A stretch of 57,927 nt of DNA, filler included, from Jimgerdemannia flammicorona (GCA_003990765.1; 2 parts of 2 records of this genome joined end to end with filler, not necessarily neighbours in it), one strand, 5' to 3'. Positions 37,008 through 50,800 are shown, numbered from the whole stretch's first letter. The notes: a model not told the origin generated them from the letters alone. Made by a program: numbers and translations.

Positions 37008-40000
37008 GACTCCTTTTGCTCAAACCATTCAGAGTGAGCTAAGCCACACGGACATCACTTCATGAAAAGTAATACATTTTCAAGTTTTCACTTTATTTAT
37101 ACTGGTGTATAAGGTGCAGCAGAAGTCTGACAACAGTTCACAACAAGTTTCTTCGAAATCTGTCAAGTTTTCGTGACATGGCGACCCAAGACTTGTCAAG
37201 CTCAGAGTGCCTAGAGAGGAGGAGGCCTGGCCTGGGCCTCTCTAAGAGTTTTGTGGCAGCTGCTGGTCAAGGTGAAGCTGGAGGGCAGGTGGGTGGTCAA
37301 GGGCCAGCAGCAGGACTGGATGGTTGGTGCATGGTGATGGAGAGTAAGTGGGCAGCCTCTAGGCCTATAGTGGGGGAGTAGCAGGGGCATAGTGTTAACA
37401 GGGGTGGATGTCAGGTGACTGGTCAGCTGACTGGCCAGGGACCCAGCAGGGGTCAGGGGTCCCAGGGTGTGATGATGGGGACTGGCTTTCCTGGGGCTGG
37501 ACCAGTGGCTGAGGGTGGGACTGCTGGTGGTACAGTAGCTCCAGATGAGGTTGTAACAGGTGTATCTGGCAGCAAGAATAAGGTGACTCTGGCAGCAGGA
37601 ACTGGGGAGCTGGTAGTACAACCATTCTTCCATAAGTCAGTATCGACTTGGACAGTGTCTGCCAATTTCTTGGGCTTTGGTTTGTTGGTCAAGAAAGTTC
37701 TATGACTGGTGGGTGAGGAGGTTGCAGGGGCTGAGTCGCTGAGGTTTATCCCCTCGGTGGAGGCAGTAGAGGTCGGATTTATAGAGGAGGAGGCTATGGT
37801 GAAGGCCTTGGAGAAGGGGCTGATGGTCAAGAATGTTAAGATGGGAATGGTGAGGTGCCTGAGATGGGACCCACATGTGGTGAGGTTAGTGGTAGAAGGA
37901 TTGCCGATGTTGAGCAGGTAGGAGACTAAGATAGTGATCGCCAAGGCACTGAAAGGCTTTGGGGAGATGGTGGATTTTGGATTTATGTTCTGGGAGGGTA
38001 TGAAGTTGAGAAATGGCAATTGTGAGGCAATGGTGTGGCTGGAGGGGAAGGAGATGACAGGCCTGGAGTGAGACTGGCCAGAGGTCATTCATGTTGGAGA
38101 GCAGGACTGTTGGGTCTGGAGGAGGAAAGGCTCTGAGCAGGAAGAGGAGGAGCTGCTGATAGCCCTTGAGGAGCATGATGAGGCGAAGGCTTTGCAGAAA
38201 AGAAAGTGAGAGGAATTCGCTAAAGATTGGATCTGGATTGAGACAGATGGCAAGAGGAAGCATTGGTATAGGGCAAACTGGGAATAGCTGCAGGCAGTGT
38301 TGCGAGCATCTTCAGAGGAGGAGGTTGAAAGAGTAGCATCTGACTGGAACCGAATGGAAGAGGTAGAGGTGGCTGAGGTGTCCTTCTCCCAGCTGGGAGG
38401 AGTGGGAGAATCTGCACATGCACCAGTGACTGGGAAGTGGGCAGATGGTGAGGAGGAGCAAGGAGGGGGCTTCAAAGATAATGTTGAGGTGGTTCTAGAA
38501 ACTCAGATGAAAGACATGGTGATGGCTAGATCAGTGAATGTATACTGGGAATGTCCTGAAGCAGAGGAGGTAGTGAGGTTGGATAAGATCTTGGAAGAGG
38601 ATGAGCTGGTGGATGTTGTCTCAGATGTATCTGCAGACAGGGAATTGCTTCAGGAGCTGTGCAGGACTCCCAGGCCTGCAACTCCAGGGCCATCGGCGAT
38701 GGTGGTGGATGGCTGATTCCAGGCAGTTCTGGAGGAACTGGCAGAGGACGACATTAAGGAAGTGGATGTATTTCAGGGCTCCCCGGAGGCATGGGAAGGA
38801 TTTCTCAAGATGGTATTGCAGGGACCGAAGCTGGTGACTGTGATGGTAGCAGCCCTTCTGGAGGATGAAGGGTATGAGGTGGATGATGGCTGAATGGCAG
38901 ATATTCATAAGGTGGTGTCTGAGTGAGTAGACCTCTTTTGTGGTAGTAATAATAGTGAGAGGATTTGGCAGACTGTTTGTGAGGAGCATCGAGACATCAT
39001 TAAGGGCTGAGCTGAGAAGGTGGTGGCAGTGGTGGCTGATATCTAAACTTCAAATTCTCCATGATGAAGTACAACCTACAAATTCTGTCAATCAACATCA
39101 ATGGTTTATGAGATAGAGTAAAGTGGTGGCATCTGTTTCAGTGGTTGAAAGTCCAGGAGTATGATGTGGTATTTCTTCAAGATATTCAGGCCTATGGTGA
39201 GGAGGATTATGGATCATAGAGTAAGGAATAGTTTAGAGATACTGGGTGGAGTAAGCAAGTTGGTATTTTGGTCGGGGTTGGAAAGGGAGAGTTAGTAGAT
39301 GTGGAATGTTTTGGTGATTGACTAGTGTGGGGCAGATTGAAGGGAGGAAAAGGAGATGGACTCTTGGTGGGCTCTGTGTATCTGCCAGCAGTTGGCAGAG
39401 AGCAAAAGCAATGGGTGGTGGAGTGGCTGGCTTGGGAGGATTGGGTGGCTCTAGGGTTAGACATTTTGGGGGGTGATTTTAATATGATTAGAGACTGTGC
39501 ACTAGATCGGTCTAATGGTGAGGCTGGTGTAGCAGTTTCTCCAGGGTTATCTCAGTGGCTTCAGGTGGAAAAGGGTATGGGATTAGTGGATGGTGTACAA
39601 TTGCAGGCAGGAGATAAGTCAGGCTCCTTTACTAGGTGGCATTCTATAGACAATGGGATGGTTGGCACACAGATTGATTGGGTACTGGTAGCTGAACATT
39701 GGGGTAATGTTTTCGATGCAGTCAGAGTACAGTAGTGTCCTTGGTCAGACCATTGGGGAGTTGAGGTGAGTGGATGATTCCAGGCTGTTAATGGAGGAGG
39801 TGGGTGCTGGCATCTTAATGTGGCTCTGCTTAGGTGTCCGGTGGAGCGAGAGCAGTTTGTGTACTTAGCCTGACAGGAAGTGGAGTGGTGGGTGGCTGGT
39901 GGTCTATCTATTGCTGATTGGTGGGGCAGATTCAAACACCTTGCTGGTGCATATTGGAGAGATACTGGGGAGGTGGCAGGGAAGGAGCATAAGGATAAGA

Positions 40001-41645
40001 AAAGGAGAGTTGAAAGTGGTCTACAGTGGTGGCTAAAGTTATTAGAGGATGGTTCTCTGACAGAAGAGAGGAAGGGTCATCTCACTAGAGAGGTAGTCAA
40101 CTTATAGGTGACTTTGAGGGAGGCGGAGGATAGAGTAGTAGACAGGCTACTGGCATACCTGAGGGCTAGATGACTGGAAGAGGGTGAATGACCGACAAAG
40201 TACCTATCCAGAGCCCCAAAGGTAAGAAACGTTCAACATAGCTGATCATTGGTCCTATGAGATGATGGTATTGAGGTTACCAGTATGACAGAGATGTTGG
40301 AGGAGATTTCAGGACAATGGCGGGCTCTCTGGGGTGATGATGAGGTGGGAGGGAGGGTTGGGGTAGGGGATATTGTGGAGGTGCCTCTTATGCAGAACTG
40401 GCCAGTGGTGCCATTATCTGCAATAGGAGCTACAGTACTAGGCAGAGTATCTTTGGAGGAGATGTTAGAGGTTCTGCAGAAAGCACTGAGTAGTTTATCA
40501 CCAGGGGAGGATAGACTCCCTTAGGAGTTTTGGAAGGAGTTTCAGGTGGAATTTGGAGCTTGGTTGGTTGAAATAGTTAATTTTGTATTGGAGGAGGGTT
40601 AGTAGATTGGGAATGGAAACTTAGGTCTGGTGTCCTTGTTGTATAAGGAGAAAGGTGACAGAAGAGAGTGGCATAATTGGTGGCTAATCATGCTGCTGAA
40701 TGTCAACAAGAAGCTAGTCTCTAAAATCTTAGTAGGGAGATTGCAGCAGTGGATTGGAAGACTGGTAGGAGAGGAGCAGAGGGGCTTCGTGAAGGGTCAG
40801 CAGATTAGAGACAGTACTGCCTGGGTGCAGAATGTTTTGGAAGGCTGTAGGAGTCAGCAGGTTGATGAGAGGATGGTCTTCTTAGATCAAGAGAAGGTAT
40901 ATGATAGAGTATGGTGGTGTTATCTGGAGGTGATTCTCTAGAAAGTAGGATTTGGTTTTGGAGAGGTTGGAAGGTTGATGGGGCTGGTGTGAGGCTGTTG
41001 AGGGGCAGTGCTGATGAATGGATAGAGTAGTCAGGAGTTTGCCTTAGGAAGAGGGGTTCCACAAGGAGATCCTCTTTTCCCTCTTCTTTATATTCTCTTG
41101 CTAGAACTGGTGCTGGCCCGGTTAAGGGGACGGCTGAATGGATTGTATATGGGTGAGGTAGTATGGAAGCTGGGAGCCTTTGCAGATGACATGGTGGTGG
41201 GGCTCAGCAGTGTGGCAGATGTGGACATTTTAAGAGATGGAATTGAACAGTATGAGGGGTTGGCAGGTGTGAAGCTGAATTGGGGGAAGTGTGAAACCTT
41301 AGAGTTAGGTGTGGGCTTAGGGGCAGCAGGATTTGGATGAGTGGTGCCTCCAGGGGAGGCAGTACGTTACTTAGGGATATGGTTCTCAGTTTTCGGGACC
41401 ATTTTGCCGAAGGAGTGGTGGAGTTCTATGGTTTGAAAATGGGAAGGTGTGCTGACAGGCTGGGCTGGTCGAAACTTTTCTTTGGCGGGAAGAGTGGTGG
41501 TCCTGAATATATATTGGCTGCCGAAGCTGTGGTACCTGGGCTACCACCTAGATTTTCCTAGATGGGTGGTGTGGCATCTTAAAAAGGCTATAGAAGGGTG
41601 GCTTTGGAAGGAGAGATGGCCACAGATTGGATGGGAGGCATTGGT
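37008..41645 (+). mobile_element. LINE-B: L1/Tx1-like LINE (ORF1 from 37178, ORF2 from 39061), 3' end deleted
   Basis: ILSININGL, VVFLQD, ILGGDFN, IDWVLV, SDH, VFLDQEKVYD, GVPQGDPLFP, GAFADD, RYLGI. Same family as LINE-A but less mutated. Confidence 0.9.
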
Positions 41646-42480
41646 ACTTGAGGTACTGGTGCAGAGTATTATGGTATTCTTTGAGTCTGTGTAAGTTGCT
41701 GGAGTAATAGTTATAGGTCTAGAGTAAGGGCTTGATTGATAGCTGTCTGTTGCTGTATAGGTGTATTCTGTCCTGATGGAGGTATGTCTCCTTCAGTAGT
41801 ATATCCAGGATCGAATTCTCTAAGATACTCCTCCTTCTCTTGGTTTTGGTCCCTGCGCAGTTGGGTTTGCTCAGCATTGAAATAGATAGAATCAGTTATA
41901 TATCTGATTTTGGATGGACTTAATTCAAAGTCAAGTTCTGCTTCAGTATTGATTTTGGGGTCAGGTAGAGCTGTAGCTAGGCCTGCTTCTGGTTCAGAGT
42001 CAGGTTGTTGATGAAGGGTTTCTCTTACTTCTTACTTAAGAATATAGTGGGCCTTACTATTCTGGAAGTAGTAGTATAATGCAGTCTTGGTCCTGGAACA
42101 GTGGAAATCAGTAGAGTTGAGCCACTTGGCTATGGAGACTTAGGATTCTTAGGTCGCTCAGATTTGTAGAGCTGACAAAACTCTTATTGAGAAGAGTGAA
42201 GAAGGCTTCTATAAGACCTCCTTTGTCTTGACTTGTGGGGTGTAGAGCAAGAAGTTCATTGTATAGGGTTTTGCCTATCTACAGATTTAATTGGAGTACT
42301 TCTTTCTTTGAATGAAGTCTGATCCACTTTTTATAGTATGGAGGTCAAATTGTCCTTATATATTAGGTTCAATTCTCTCCAGATTGTCAGATAGTTCAGG
42401 ACAAATTCCAGTTCAGAGGTTGGACTTTATACCAACTTGTAGAAATTCACAGAAGGGTTTGTAGTGGGGTGAGGAAGTAT
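41646..42480 (-). pseudogene. Gypsy-3 leader and gag N-terminal relic
   Basis: Follows the PBS. Minus frame reads ...EAELDFELSPSK...QQQTAINQAL...APVPQVPMPP up to the LINE-B junction. Confidence 0.55.
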
Positions 42481-42519
42481 CTTGAAGTAGAATTGGATTG
42501 TAAACCACTGCTACTAAGT

Positions 42520-44574
42520 TATAAGATGGTTACTTGTAGAGTAACCATTATATAGTTCTAGAAGTGGTTTCTGGAAGTTCTGGATATTCTGGAAGACCAT
42601 TTTCTTAAGGTCAAGATCAATTTCATATAGAGTACATCCTCTATGCTTATTGATTTCAAGATCAGATTGATATCTCAACGTAAAGTCCTTATTTGAACTA
42701 GTTCTAGATGTTCAGGATTTTCTGTATTTCAGGAAGTTCAAGAAACTAAGACCAGCTTAGTTGAATTGGCATATTGCTGCAGATAATACCAAATTTGGAA
42801 ATTTTGTAATAGGGTTAGGACTGGGACCTAATGTGGAGCAGATTTACTTAAGAGTAGTTTATGGGTTATTAAATAGATTTATTCACTATTCATGATATTG
42901 CTATACTAGAAGTAGTTGTATGAAGGGATATTGTAGCAAAGTGTTCAGAAATGTTCTTGTGTATTTGAGTCTATTTATATCTGCAATTCTGAGGTTTAGA
43001 AGAGGGGGTATTTATACTAGTGAGGGACTATCTAGACTATACTGAATATAGATATAGTACTTAGTGTCTTGCTGAGTTGAAATGTAGTCATATAGTATAA
43101 GTGTGAGCTGATATATCAAGAGATTGTCTGACTGCTGAGTTAGTTCATAGTTATGTCTTACAAGGCTAATCTAACTATACTATAACTACTAAGCTATCTA
43201 TAGATTTAGATACTATCTGAGTAGTCTTTGATAATATTACCATTAATGACCTCATCTCTGATAAAGTAGTTATCTAGGAAGAGTTATTTATGGATTAATT
43301 CTTCTTGTTTACTGAGGTAATAATATATTGGGACTTCATTGCCATCCTATAAGATAGCATCATCTGTCTCATATGTTGGATATGGAGTTGATGGACAAAA
43401 GAGGGGTGTATCATCTTTGCTTTCATCAGATTTACTGTCTACATACCTTCTATAGGTTATGGTACTATGAGTTACAGGGTTATAGTATACTGGTGGTTGT
43501 ACTTTATATTGCTCATACTTAGATAGTAGAGTTGTTGATTTGTTTCCAAGAGTTGTCTGGAGATATATATTATGTTCTTTAGTCTCTTTATTGTAGTTGA
43601 AGTAATCAGGAGTAAATACAGACTGGTATTTATACCAGTGGTCATTATCCCAATAGGTCTCATAGGTAGTTATGAACTGTTGTAAGTTCATTGGTAAGGT
43701 TGGCAGGGTAATCAGAGTGGGCAGGAATTCTTGGCTCAAGATCATGTTAGCCTCAGAAGGATCATTATCTTCTGCTTCATCATTATTGAACTGGATTATA
43801 TTATAGACATTCTGCATGACATATCCAACTTGGGGCATTTGCAGGATATAGTCATCAGGGTACAAGAAGGTTCTGTCTGTAGTTTAAATATACTCAATAT
43901 ACTTGTGGTTGAGTTCTTGTATCATATCATTAATTTGGCCATAGGATAGAGTAGCAACCATTTTGGCAGTAGTGACTTAGAGGTGGGGAATAAAGGTACT
44001 GTACTCATAGAAGAGTTCTTGATGTTTGCGAGCAATGAGTTTCTAGTGTTGAGATATCTGGGTAATATCTATATCATAGTAGTATTCAACCATGTCTTTT
44101 AGGAGGTGGCTGATCTGATAGTAGCTTGAGATTTGTCTGATTTGGTGGACCTCACTAAGTATGTTCAGGGCATTCCATCAGGCTTCCATGAAGTAGAAGG
44201 TTACTAGGCTATGGATATTCATGAGAGGCAGAGGGGGTGTAGCTTAGTTGATAATTGCATTCCAAATGTCAGCACAGATTCAGTTGTAGATCACAGTGGT
44301 CATGTTTATGTATATGTTTAGAAGTTGGGATTGTTTGTTTGATTTGTTGTGGTTCTCTGTTTTGATGCATCTCAGTGCTTGGTATATGTATATGCATTCA
44401 GTCTTGATTGGTAAGACTCTGTTTATATAATTCTTGTGTTTTGTGACTTCGAGTTGACTCAGCTTTATGATCTTATAGGTAATTTCCAGATTTGTTCAGA
44501 GGTTGTATGTGATTTCAGTGGCTTGTTCAAAGGGTGACATGTGATTTCAGTAGCTTAGAGGTTGTGTACTTACA
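42520..44574 (-). repeat. Gypsy-3 5' LTR (2055 bp)
   Basis: Homologous to 33258-35303; PBS adjacent. Confidence 0.92.
43206..44303 (-). pseudogene. Second copy of the Gypsy-3 LTR-encoded ORF
   Basis: Contains the 172-aa ORF 43347-43865; colinear with 33920-35017 and of equal length. Confidence 0.8.
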
Positions 44575-45834
44575 ATATCATACTTGAAGGTCTTTGTTTT
44601 GTGAAGCTTCTTCTTCTTTTCTCCTTTACTGACTAGAGTGGTTCTTTGGATGATATCTTGAACAGCCTGAGCTAGCTTCATATCCTGATCCATTTCTTTG
44701 CTTTGACTTTCTATAGCAGTCTCCATCTGCTTTTCCATAAGGTTCTTCTTGGGTCTCTCTGGTGGTCAATTGTAGAGTTCTTTGTAGACATTCTTCTTAG
44801 TGGTCTATATAGGATAGGTCTCTCATTCTTCTTTATCTGATTCCCCAATCTCAAAGGTGATGATATTGGCCTATTTCTTATTTCAAGTAGCATTGCTTAG
44901 CTATATCTTGTACTTGGTTTCACTCATGCATTTATATAAGTAGTGGTCTTCTTCTCCACAGGTATAGCAGATACCTCTTTTCTTATCTGAGGTAGTGGTG
45001 AATTTCTGAACTAGGTGGTAGTCTCTTTCTTTAATTTCCTTTACCATATCTCCTAGGTGAGCTGTCATTTTAGTGAACTTCTTGATAAGTTCCTCCATGA
45101 GATCACTATTTCTCTATTACTCAGTAGCTCTTGGTTGAGGTGTGTTTCAATTGATCACTATGGTAGGGATCATGCTGGTTGCCTTGAGTGCTTCAATTTT
45201 GACTCCAGTGACCCCCTTCATTGTATGGTCTTATAGATGTCTAGCTATCTAGTATCACTGAGCATAGGTGACCTTCTGTATCAGATCCAGGACTATTAGT
45301 AATGAGCAGATGGCTAGGGCTATCTCTAAGTAGATTCCTTTCATGAAGATTACTTCAGCTACTTGATCCCTGATGGTAGTAGCATAATATGTGAGAATTA
45401 TCTAATATCAGATTCTGGTAGAATGTGTTTGGATTCTTGCTCATTCCTTGGTATGTTATGTTGAGCTGATGCTTGATCTCATCTATATAGTATATGGCTC
45501 AGAGCTAGGTCTTCTGTGCTACAAGCATAGTATCATCATCATTTCCTATATAGGTTGTAGCTGTGAATGCTGCTCTTGCTGGTCCTTGGAGACTGAAGAG
45601 CATGAGAGTTACTTGCTGTCTTGCTGTCAGGTCCCTCATTAGAGCATATTGCTCAAAATCATCAATTAAGATAATAATTGACTTATCTGAAGTATAACCA
45701 TAGAATACTGGTGGTCTCATATCCATCTTATCTGGATATCTTAATTATATAGTTGTTCAGATGGTGATAGTTATTTGTTATTTAGCTTGAAAGTGAGAGA
45801 TTCATCTTGAATTACCAGCCAATGGACACTAAGT

Positions 45835-46324
45835 TATAACATAGCAGATGCTTAATCTTGGAAGTATGTCAGATTTCTATATCTTGAAAACTTGATCTTC
45901 TTTGACTCTACAGAGTCCTTGGGATGCAGAAGTGGGTGAGTTCGAAGTATATCTATCTGCAGGCTTACTAGTTTCTTTGCTTTCTCTATGCTTTTGAACT
46001 ATTTCAATCTGAGATTTATTCACTCTAGATACTGGGGACATTATAAAAGTTTGCTAGCTATAAGGTGGCTTAGTTGTAACTAAGTTATGAGTTACTTTTC
46101 ATAAGTATTAATCCTTAATATCTGTTAAATCTTTAATGATCATCAAGACTTTAACATATGTAAATTCTTGACATTTGTGAAGAGTTTAACATTCATGAAA
46201 ACTTTAATATTTGTGAAATAACTACTATTTGTAAGGCTATCCTATATTAGGAATTGAGTTCAGATACTATGATCAAATGTTTAATTCCCCTGATTCTTAT
46301 TCCTAATTGAGATCAATTGTCATA
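45835..46324 (-). repeat. Gypsy-2 5' LTR (~490 bp, no ORF)
   Basis: Starts right after the PBS (minus tagtgtccattggc, same as Gypsy-4 TGGTGCCCATTGGC). Carries ~18-bp tandem repeats at 46130-46220. Copia sequence resumes at 46325. The partner LTR is not in the window. Confidence 0.65.
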
Positions 46325-46787
46325 ATAAGAAATGAGACTTTATAGACAATTCTATACAGCAAGTAACAAGTAATAACAATAATATAGGATATAATAAATG
46401 GGTTTTCAGAGTACTAATAAGTCATCTTAATATTGCTTATATCTCTTTATTTATAAATAGATTTATATTACAGATTTCTACCTCTACTTATCTAGTTATA
46501 GATAATCTTTTACTAGATTCTTTACTTATTTTCATACTTATAAGTAGGAAATTTGGATCTTTTTTAGTCATCTAGATAGTATTGTATTGATCATAATTAG
46601 TTAGGTTTTTTGTATTTTATTTTTTTTGTATATATATCTTAATTATATAGCAACTTGATATATAGTGGTATAGCCTAACTATGTTATTATATAAATATCA
46701 TCAATCTTGATATATAAAAGTACAACTTACTAGTATCAATAAATAATACTTCTCTCTATCTGTTTTTTCTTCTAATATTCTATAATA
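46325..46787 (+). mobile_element. 3' end and LTR of a Copia copy related to 14110-19098
   Basis: ataagaaatgagactt matches 18592-18607; ttcatacttataagtag matches ~18820; LTR body gcaacttgatatatagt...tatcaataaa matches 18967-19054. Confidence 0.8.
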
Positions 46788-47844
46788 GTATTGAAACTAA
46801 TTAAAGAAGTACTATGGCCAATAAAAGATATATAGCTAATACTCTAATAATAGAATAATTATGATATCCTCAGATCTAATTATTATTAATTAGCAACTAG
46901 AATATAAAGTTAATTATATCTTAAATTATAAGAACTAACAATTTAGATAGACTATCAAGTCTATCTAGTTCTATCTGATAAAATGAAAAGGTTATCTATT
47001 ATTTAGAAAAAAGAAAACAATCTCTTACCAAATATAGAAGAAGCAGTAATTTAATATAAATAAATAGTATAATAGAATATTTAATAGAATTTCCAAAGTA
47101 CTTTCATATCTTTGAAAAATAAGTTTAAATACTCTTGAATATTATAGAGATATATAACTTAGTTACAATATTAATAGCTGATAATAATACTGTACACAAA
47201 CAAAGAATAAGATTTCTGTAATAATTCTCATTACTATTAAATACCAAAAGACCTTTTTGAACTAGTTTCTGTTAACATATAAATTTATAAAAGCTCTGAT
47301 CCAAATGAAGTATAATAATACCTTAGAAGAATCTAATACTTTTTAGCCTTCTACTACTAACAGAAACTAGAAAATAAAATAAATTATTTACTTTCAATAA
47401 AGTTATTATAAAAGAGAAATAATTTTATGAAAGTTATATAGATTATATATTTTATATATTATTAATGAATAATATATAACTAATGGAATAATATAATTAT
47501 ATATTGATACATTAAGTTACTATCACAATACTTCTGTTCAATAAGATATATAATCTAAAAAAAAGACTATAATTTGGCAGTAAAAATACAAACTAGAATA
47601 AAAAGTAACATATATAAAAAAATCAGAACTATATATAATCTAAAAAACTAATATAAAATTCCATATTTAAGGAATTTTTACAGATCAAAAAGTATCCCAA
47701 AATATCTAAAATATCTATCTATAGATGAGAAATATAATTTGTATATATAATTCACTCATAGATGAGAGTGTTAATATATATATATACAATATAATAAGAG
47801 AGACTTTTTACAGCCTAAAAGGTATTCCAAAATCAATTGAATGT

Positions 47845-50800
47845 TAGCATATCAGTTAAGCTTAGTATCTGAACATCTCTCATACTATTCTACTACTCTT
47901 ATCAGTACTATCATATTCTCCACAGAGCCCAGCCCTATTACTATATTATCAGCAAAGGCCCCCATCTTCTAGTTTACTCCCAGAATGTTCAACTCCCTCA
48001 CCCTATGTCTAATTCTATTCAACAAAGGCTCTAGAGAGAGAGAATAAAAGATTGGTGATAGTGGATTTCCTTGCAGCACTTCGTTACTCAGGGAGAATGA
48101 CTCTTCTTTATGCTTATTCATCTAAATAGCTACCTGACTTCCCTCCAACAAACTGATTAAAGATTGTCTAAACTCTGGGGAAATCCTCATATACTTCAGC
48201 ACTCCCTCTAGCCACACATACTAGACCCTATTATAGGCCTTCTCCTGGTCCAAAAATACTAGCCAATTATCCATCTCTGCAGTATATACTCCTTCAATAA
48301 CCTATACTATCTCACCTCTGATTAAATGACCTTTGACAAAGCCCCTCTGCTCTAATACCTGCTGAGCCACTCCTTGTAACCTAGCCACCAATATCTTTAT
48401 AAACAACTTGTGATCTATATCCCAAAGTATAATTGGCCTCCAGTTCTTCTATTCCTCCATTTTTTCTTTATTTTTATACAACAGAGCTATAAGACCCAGA
48501 TGCTGTCTCCCAATCTAAGTCTCTGAGTTAATAACTTCATTATACATTCACATCAACTCCTCTAAAGCCAACTCTATATCTGCTATTCTCTTCTAGAAAT
48601 CTCAGAGTAAACTATCCTCTCTAGGGGCCATCTCAAGACTATTATTACTAACACCCTACAGATCTCCTCTCCTTAAACAGATACTCTAAGTTCATCTAAT
48701 CTCTCTACCAGATCTGAGTGCCAATCCTCCAGATACTGTTCAATATCCAGTATATTCTCTCCCCCCTCCTTCTCACTCTACAATCATTCCCACTGAGAGC
48801 TCAACTGGCCTGACCACTATCTCTCTTGCCTCATCCAATACTCCTTCACACTACTGCCTCACCCTTCTTGTCTGTAATAGTTTTGATAAGAACTTTGTAT
48901 ACCTTTAAGCCCTGCTATTACAGCCAAGTTACTATTTCCTTCATCTATAATTCTTTCTTCTGCCTAGCCACTTCTTCAGTTCCTCCACCTCTAGTCAGAT
49001 CTACTGAACCCTCTAATCTCTCTTCTTGCCATTGTTTAGCAAATTAGCCCACTTCTCCAATAGCTTCTCCAATCTCGGAGAAGATAACCTTAAATAACTC
49101 CTCTGTTAAGCACCCCTCTCCCCCCCCCTGCCTCTCTCTAGAATCACTAAGTATCTGATTTCAAAAACTGCTATTTATCTCCAATCTCCAGCCCCTGTGC
49201 CCTTTAGTTAATAATTCTGAAGTTAATGTCTATTACTCAAGTATCTCACAAGAAGAGCTCTCTCAGTAATAAAGTATTCAAGTACTAATATCCAGACCCC
49301 TCTCTACTTCTCTCAAATCTTCTAAAATCTAGCAGACCCTAGTGATCTGACCATAGACACTAGATGATCTCTAAAGAGCTCTAGACATCCACTCTCTAGT
49401 ACTCAGCAGTTAAGATCTAGTCAATTCTCAAACTCAGCCCTGTCTAGTAAGTATAGATCCTGTGATCTCTCTATCCAAGATGTCCAGTATCTACCAGTGA
49501 GCTCAGACTTTTGATCTTCTCTCAGCCTTTCATATCTCTGCTCCTACCAGCCATCTCTCTCCCTCCATCAGTTCTGTCTAACTACCTATCTCATATTATG
49601 TTAAAGTCTCTACTCAGATAGTCAATCTCCTCTACTACTATTGTACTCATCTCTTATAGTTCTCTTATCCACTCCATATACTCCCCCCTTTCTACTGAGC
49701 AATAACAGAACCCAATAGTCAAGAGGCTCTAGTCTGGTCTCCTCCACACTCCCCACACCATTCAACCCCCCCAATGTCTGATGACTCCAATGTCCCTCTT
49801 GTTCTTCTAAATCAGAATATCTACTCAACTCTATCATATAGCCACATATCTCTATTCTCTCATCCAGTCTAGTATGTCTAAGTCCTCAATACACCCTATA
49901 TTCTGCAGCAAGAACAGTTCAGTATCCAGCCTCTTCAACTAGCTGAAAATATTCCAACACATCACTATATTACTCAATTTATTAATATTCATAGAGAAGA
50001 TTCTAGTTATACTGTTTATATTGAATAATATTTGGAGAAAATTCACCCACTTTATAATTCTATACTTACTGTATTACTAGTAATCTCTCTGCCTTAAGCT
50101 CATCTGTCTCTCTCTACTAAGTATCTAGTTCTTCTAAGATCTCCCAATAGTCCTCTCTATATACTACTTTCATATTAGACCAGTACTTCTTACACACTAT
50201 CTGCCACTTTGCCAACCTCTTTCTAGGGCCTCAATGATAGGTTATACAGTCATTTGCAATTGCTATAATTACTATCTCCCTGTTGTCATTCACCTTGTAC
50301 TTATCTGCCTACAATAGACCTACTATCAGCTTATTCTAAAGCTTCTGCCCTACCTCTTCTCCTTATAGAACATCTCTTTAGTATCTCTTACTAATTACAT
50401 GAAAATTCAACTCACCTAGCTCATCTGCTATAATATTCATCAGCACCTTCCACAACTATCTCTCCTCTCCAATAGTATTATCAATACCTAGAGCTACCTC
50501 CAGTCTTTCAACCCCCTCACCTTCTTCAGTATTTATCCTCACTGACTCATCTCAGTCCTCCTTCAGCATATTCTGCAGCTTATCAGTTCCACTCCTCCTG
50601 TGGACATATGATACTACACTTAGGCCTCCTCTATCATCACCTCATTCTCAGTTACTGTACTCTGCCCAGATCCTCCCCTCTCTTCCAAGATTACTATAGG
50701 AGCTACTTTTTTCTCTTCTGCTCAAGCACTAGCTCTTAACCCAAATTCTTCAGCAGTATCTCCCCCTCTACCCTCTCTTTCAAATTTATCAACAAATCCT

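Larger units (their letters stand above)
33258..44574 (-). mobile_element. Gypsy-3: chromodomain-integrase Ty3/Gypsy (chromovirus) with ~2.05-kb ORF-bearing LTRs, internally deleted
   Basis: LTRs T(G/A)TAAG...CTTACA; 5-bp TSD ATATC (33253-33257, 44575-44579); minus-strand PPT aagaaggggagag next to 35303; Met-tRNA-like PBS (tagtagcagtgg, minus) next to 42520; IN plus chromodomain. Confidence 0.92.
31434..46324 (-). mobile_element. Gypsy-2: dUTPase-bearing Ty3/Gypsy element, truncated in RT by the PLE and interrupted by a chromovirus
   Basis: gag MDMRPPVFYGY (45726), CYTCGEEDHY knuckle, protease ~33000, dUTPase, RT LYIDYRKLN / YSTLDLYSGFYQI / AFITPD. Gag reads TFKYDI|FMDL across the chromovirus TSD. 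Homologous to Gypsy-4. Confidence 0.88.

Noticed and set aside
46788..47844. Extremely AT-rich block
   Set aside because: Probably a very old hypermutated TE, but no motif or terminus could be identified.
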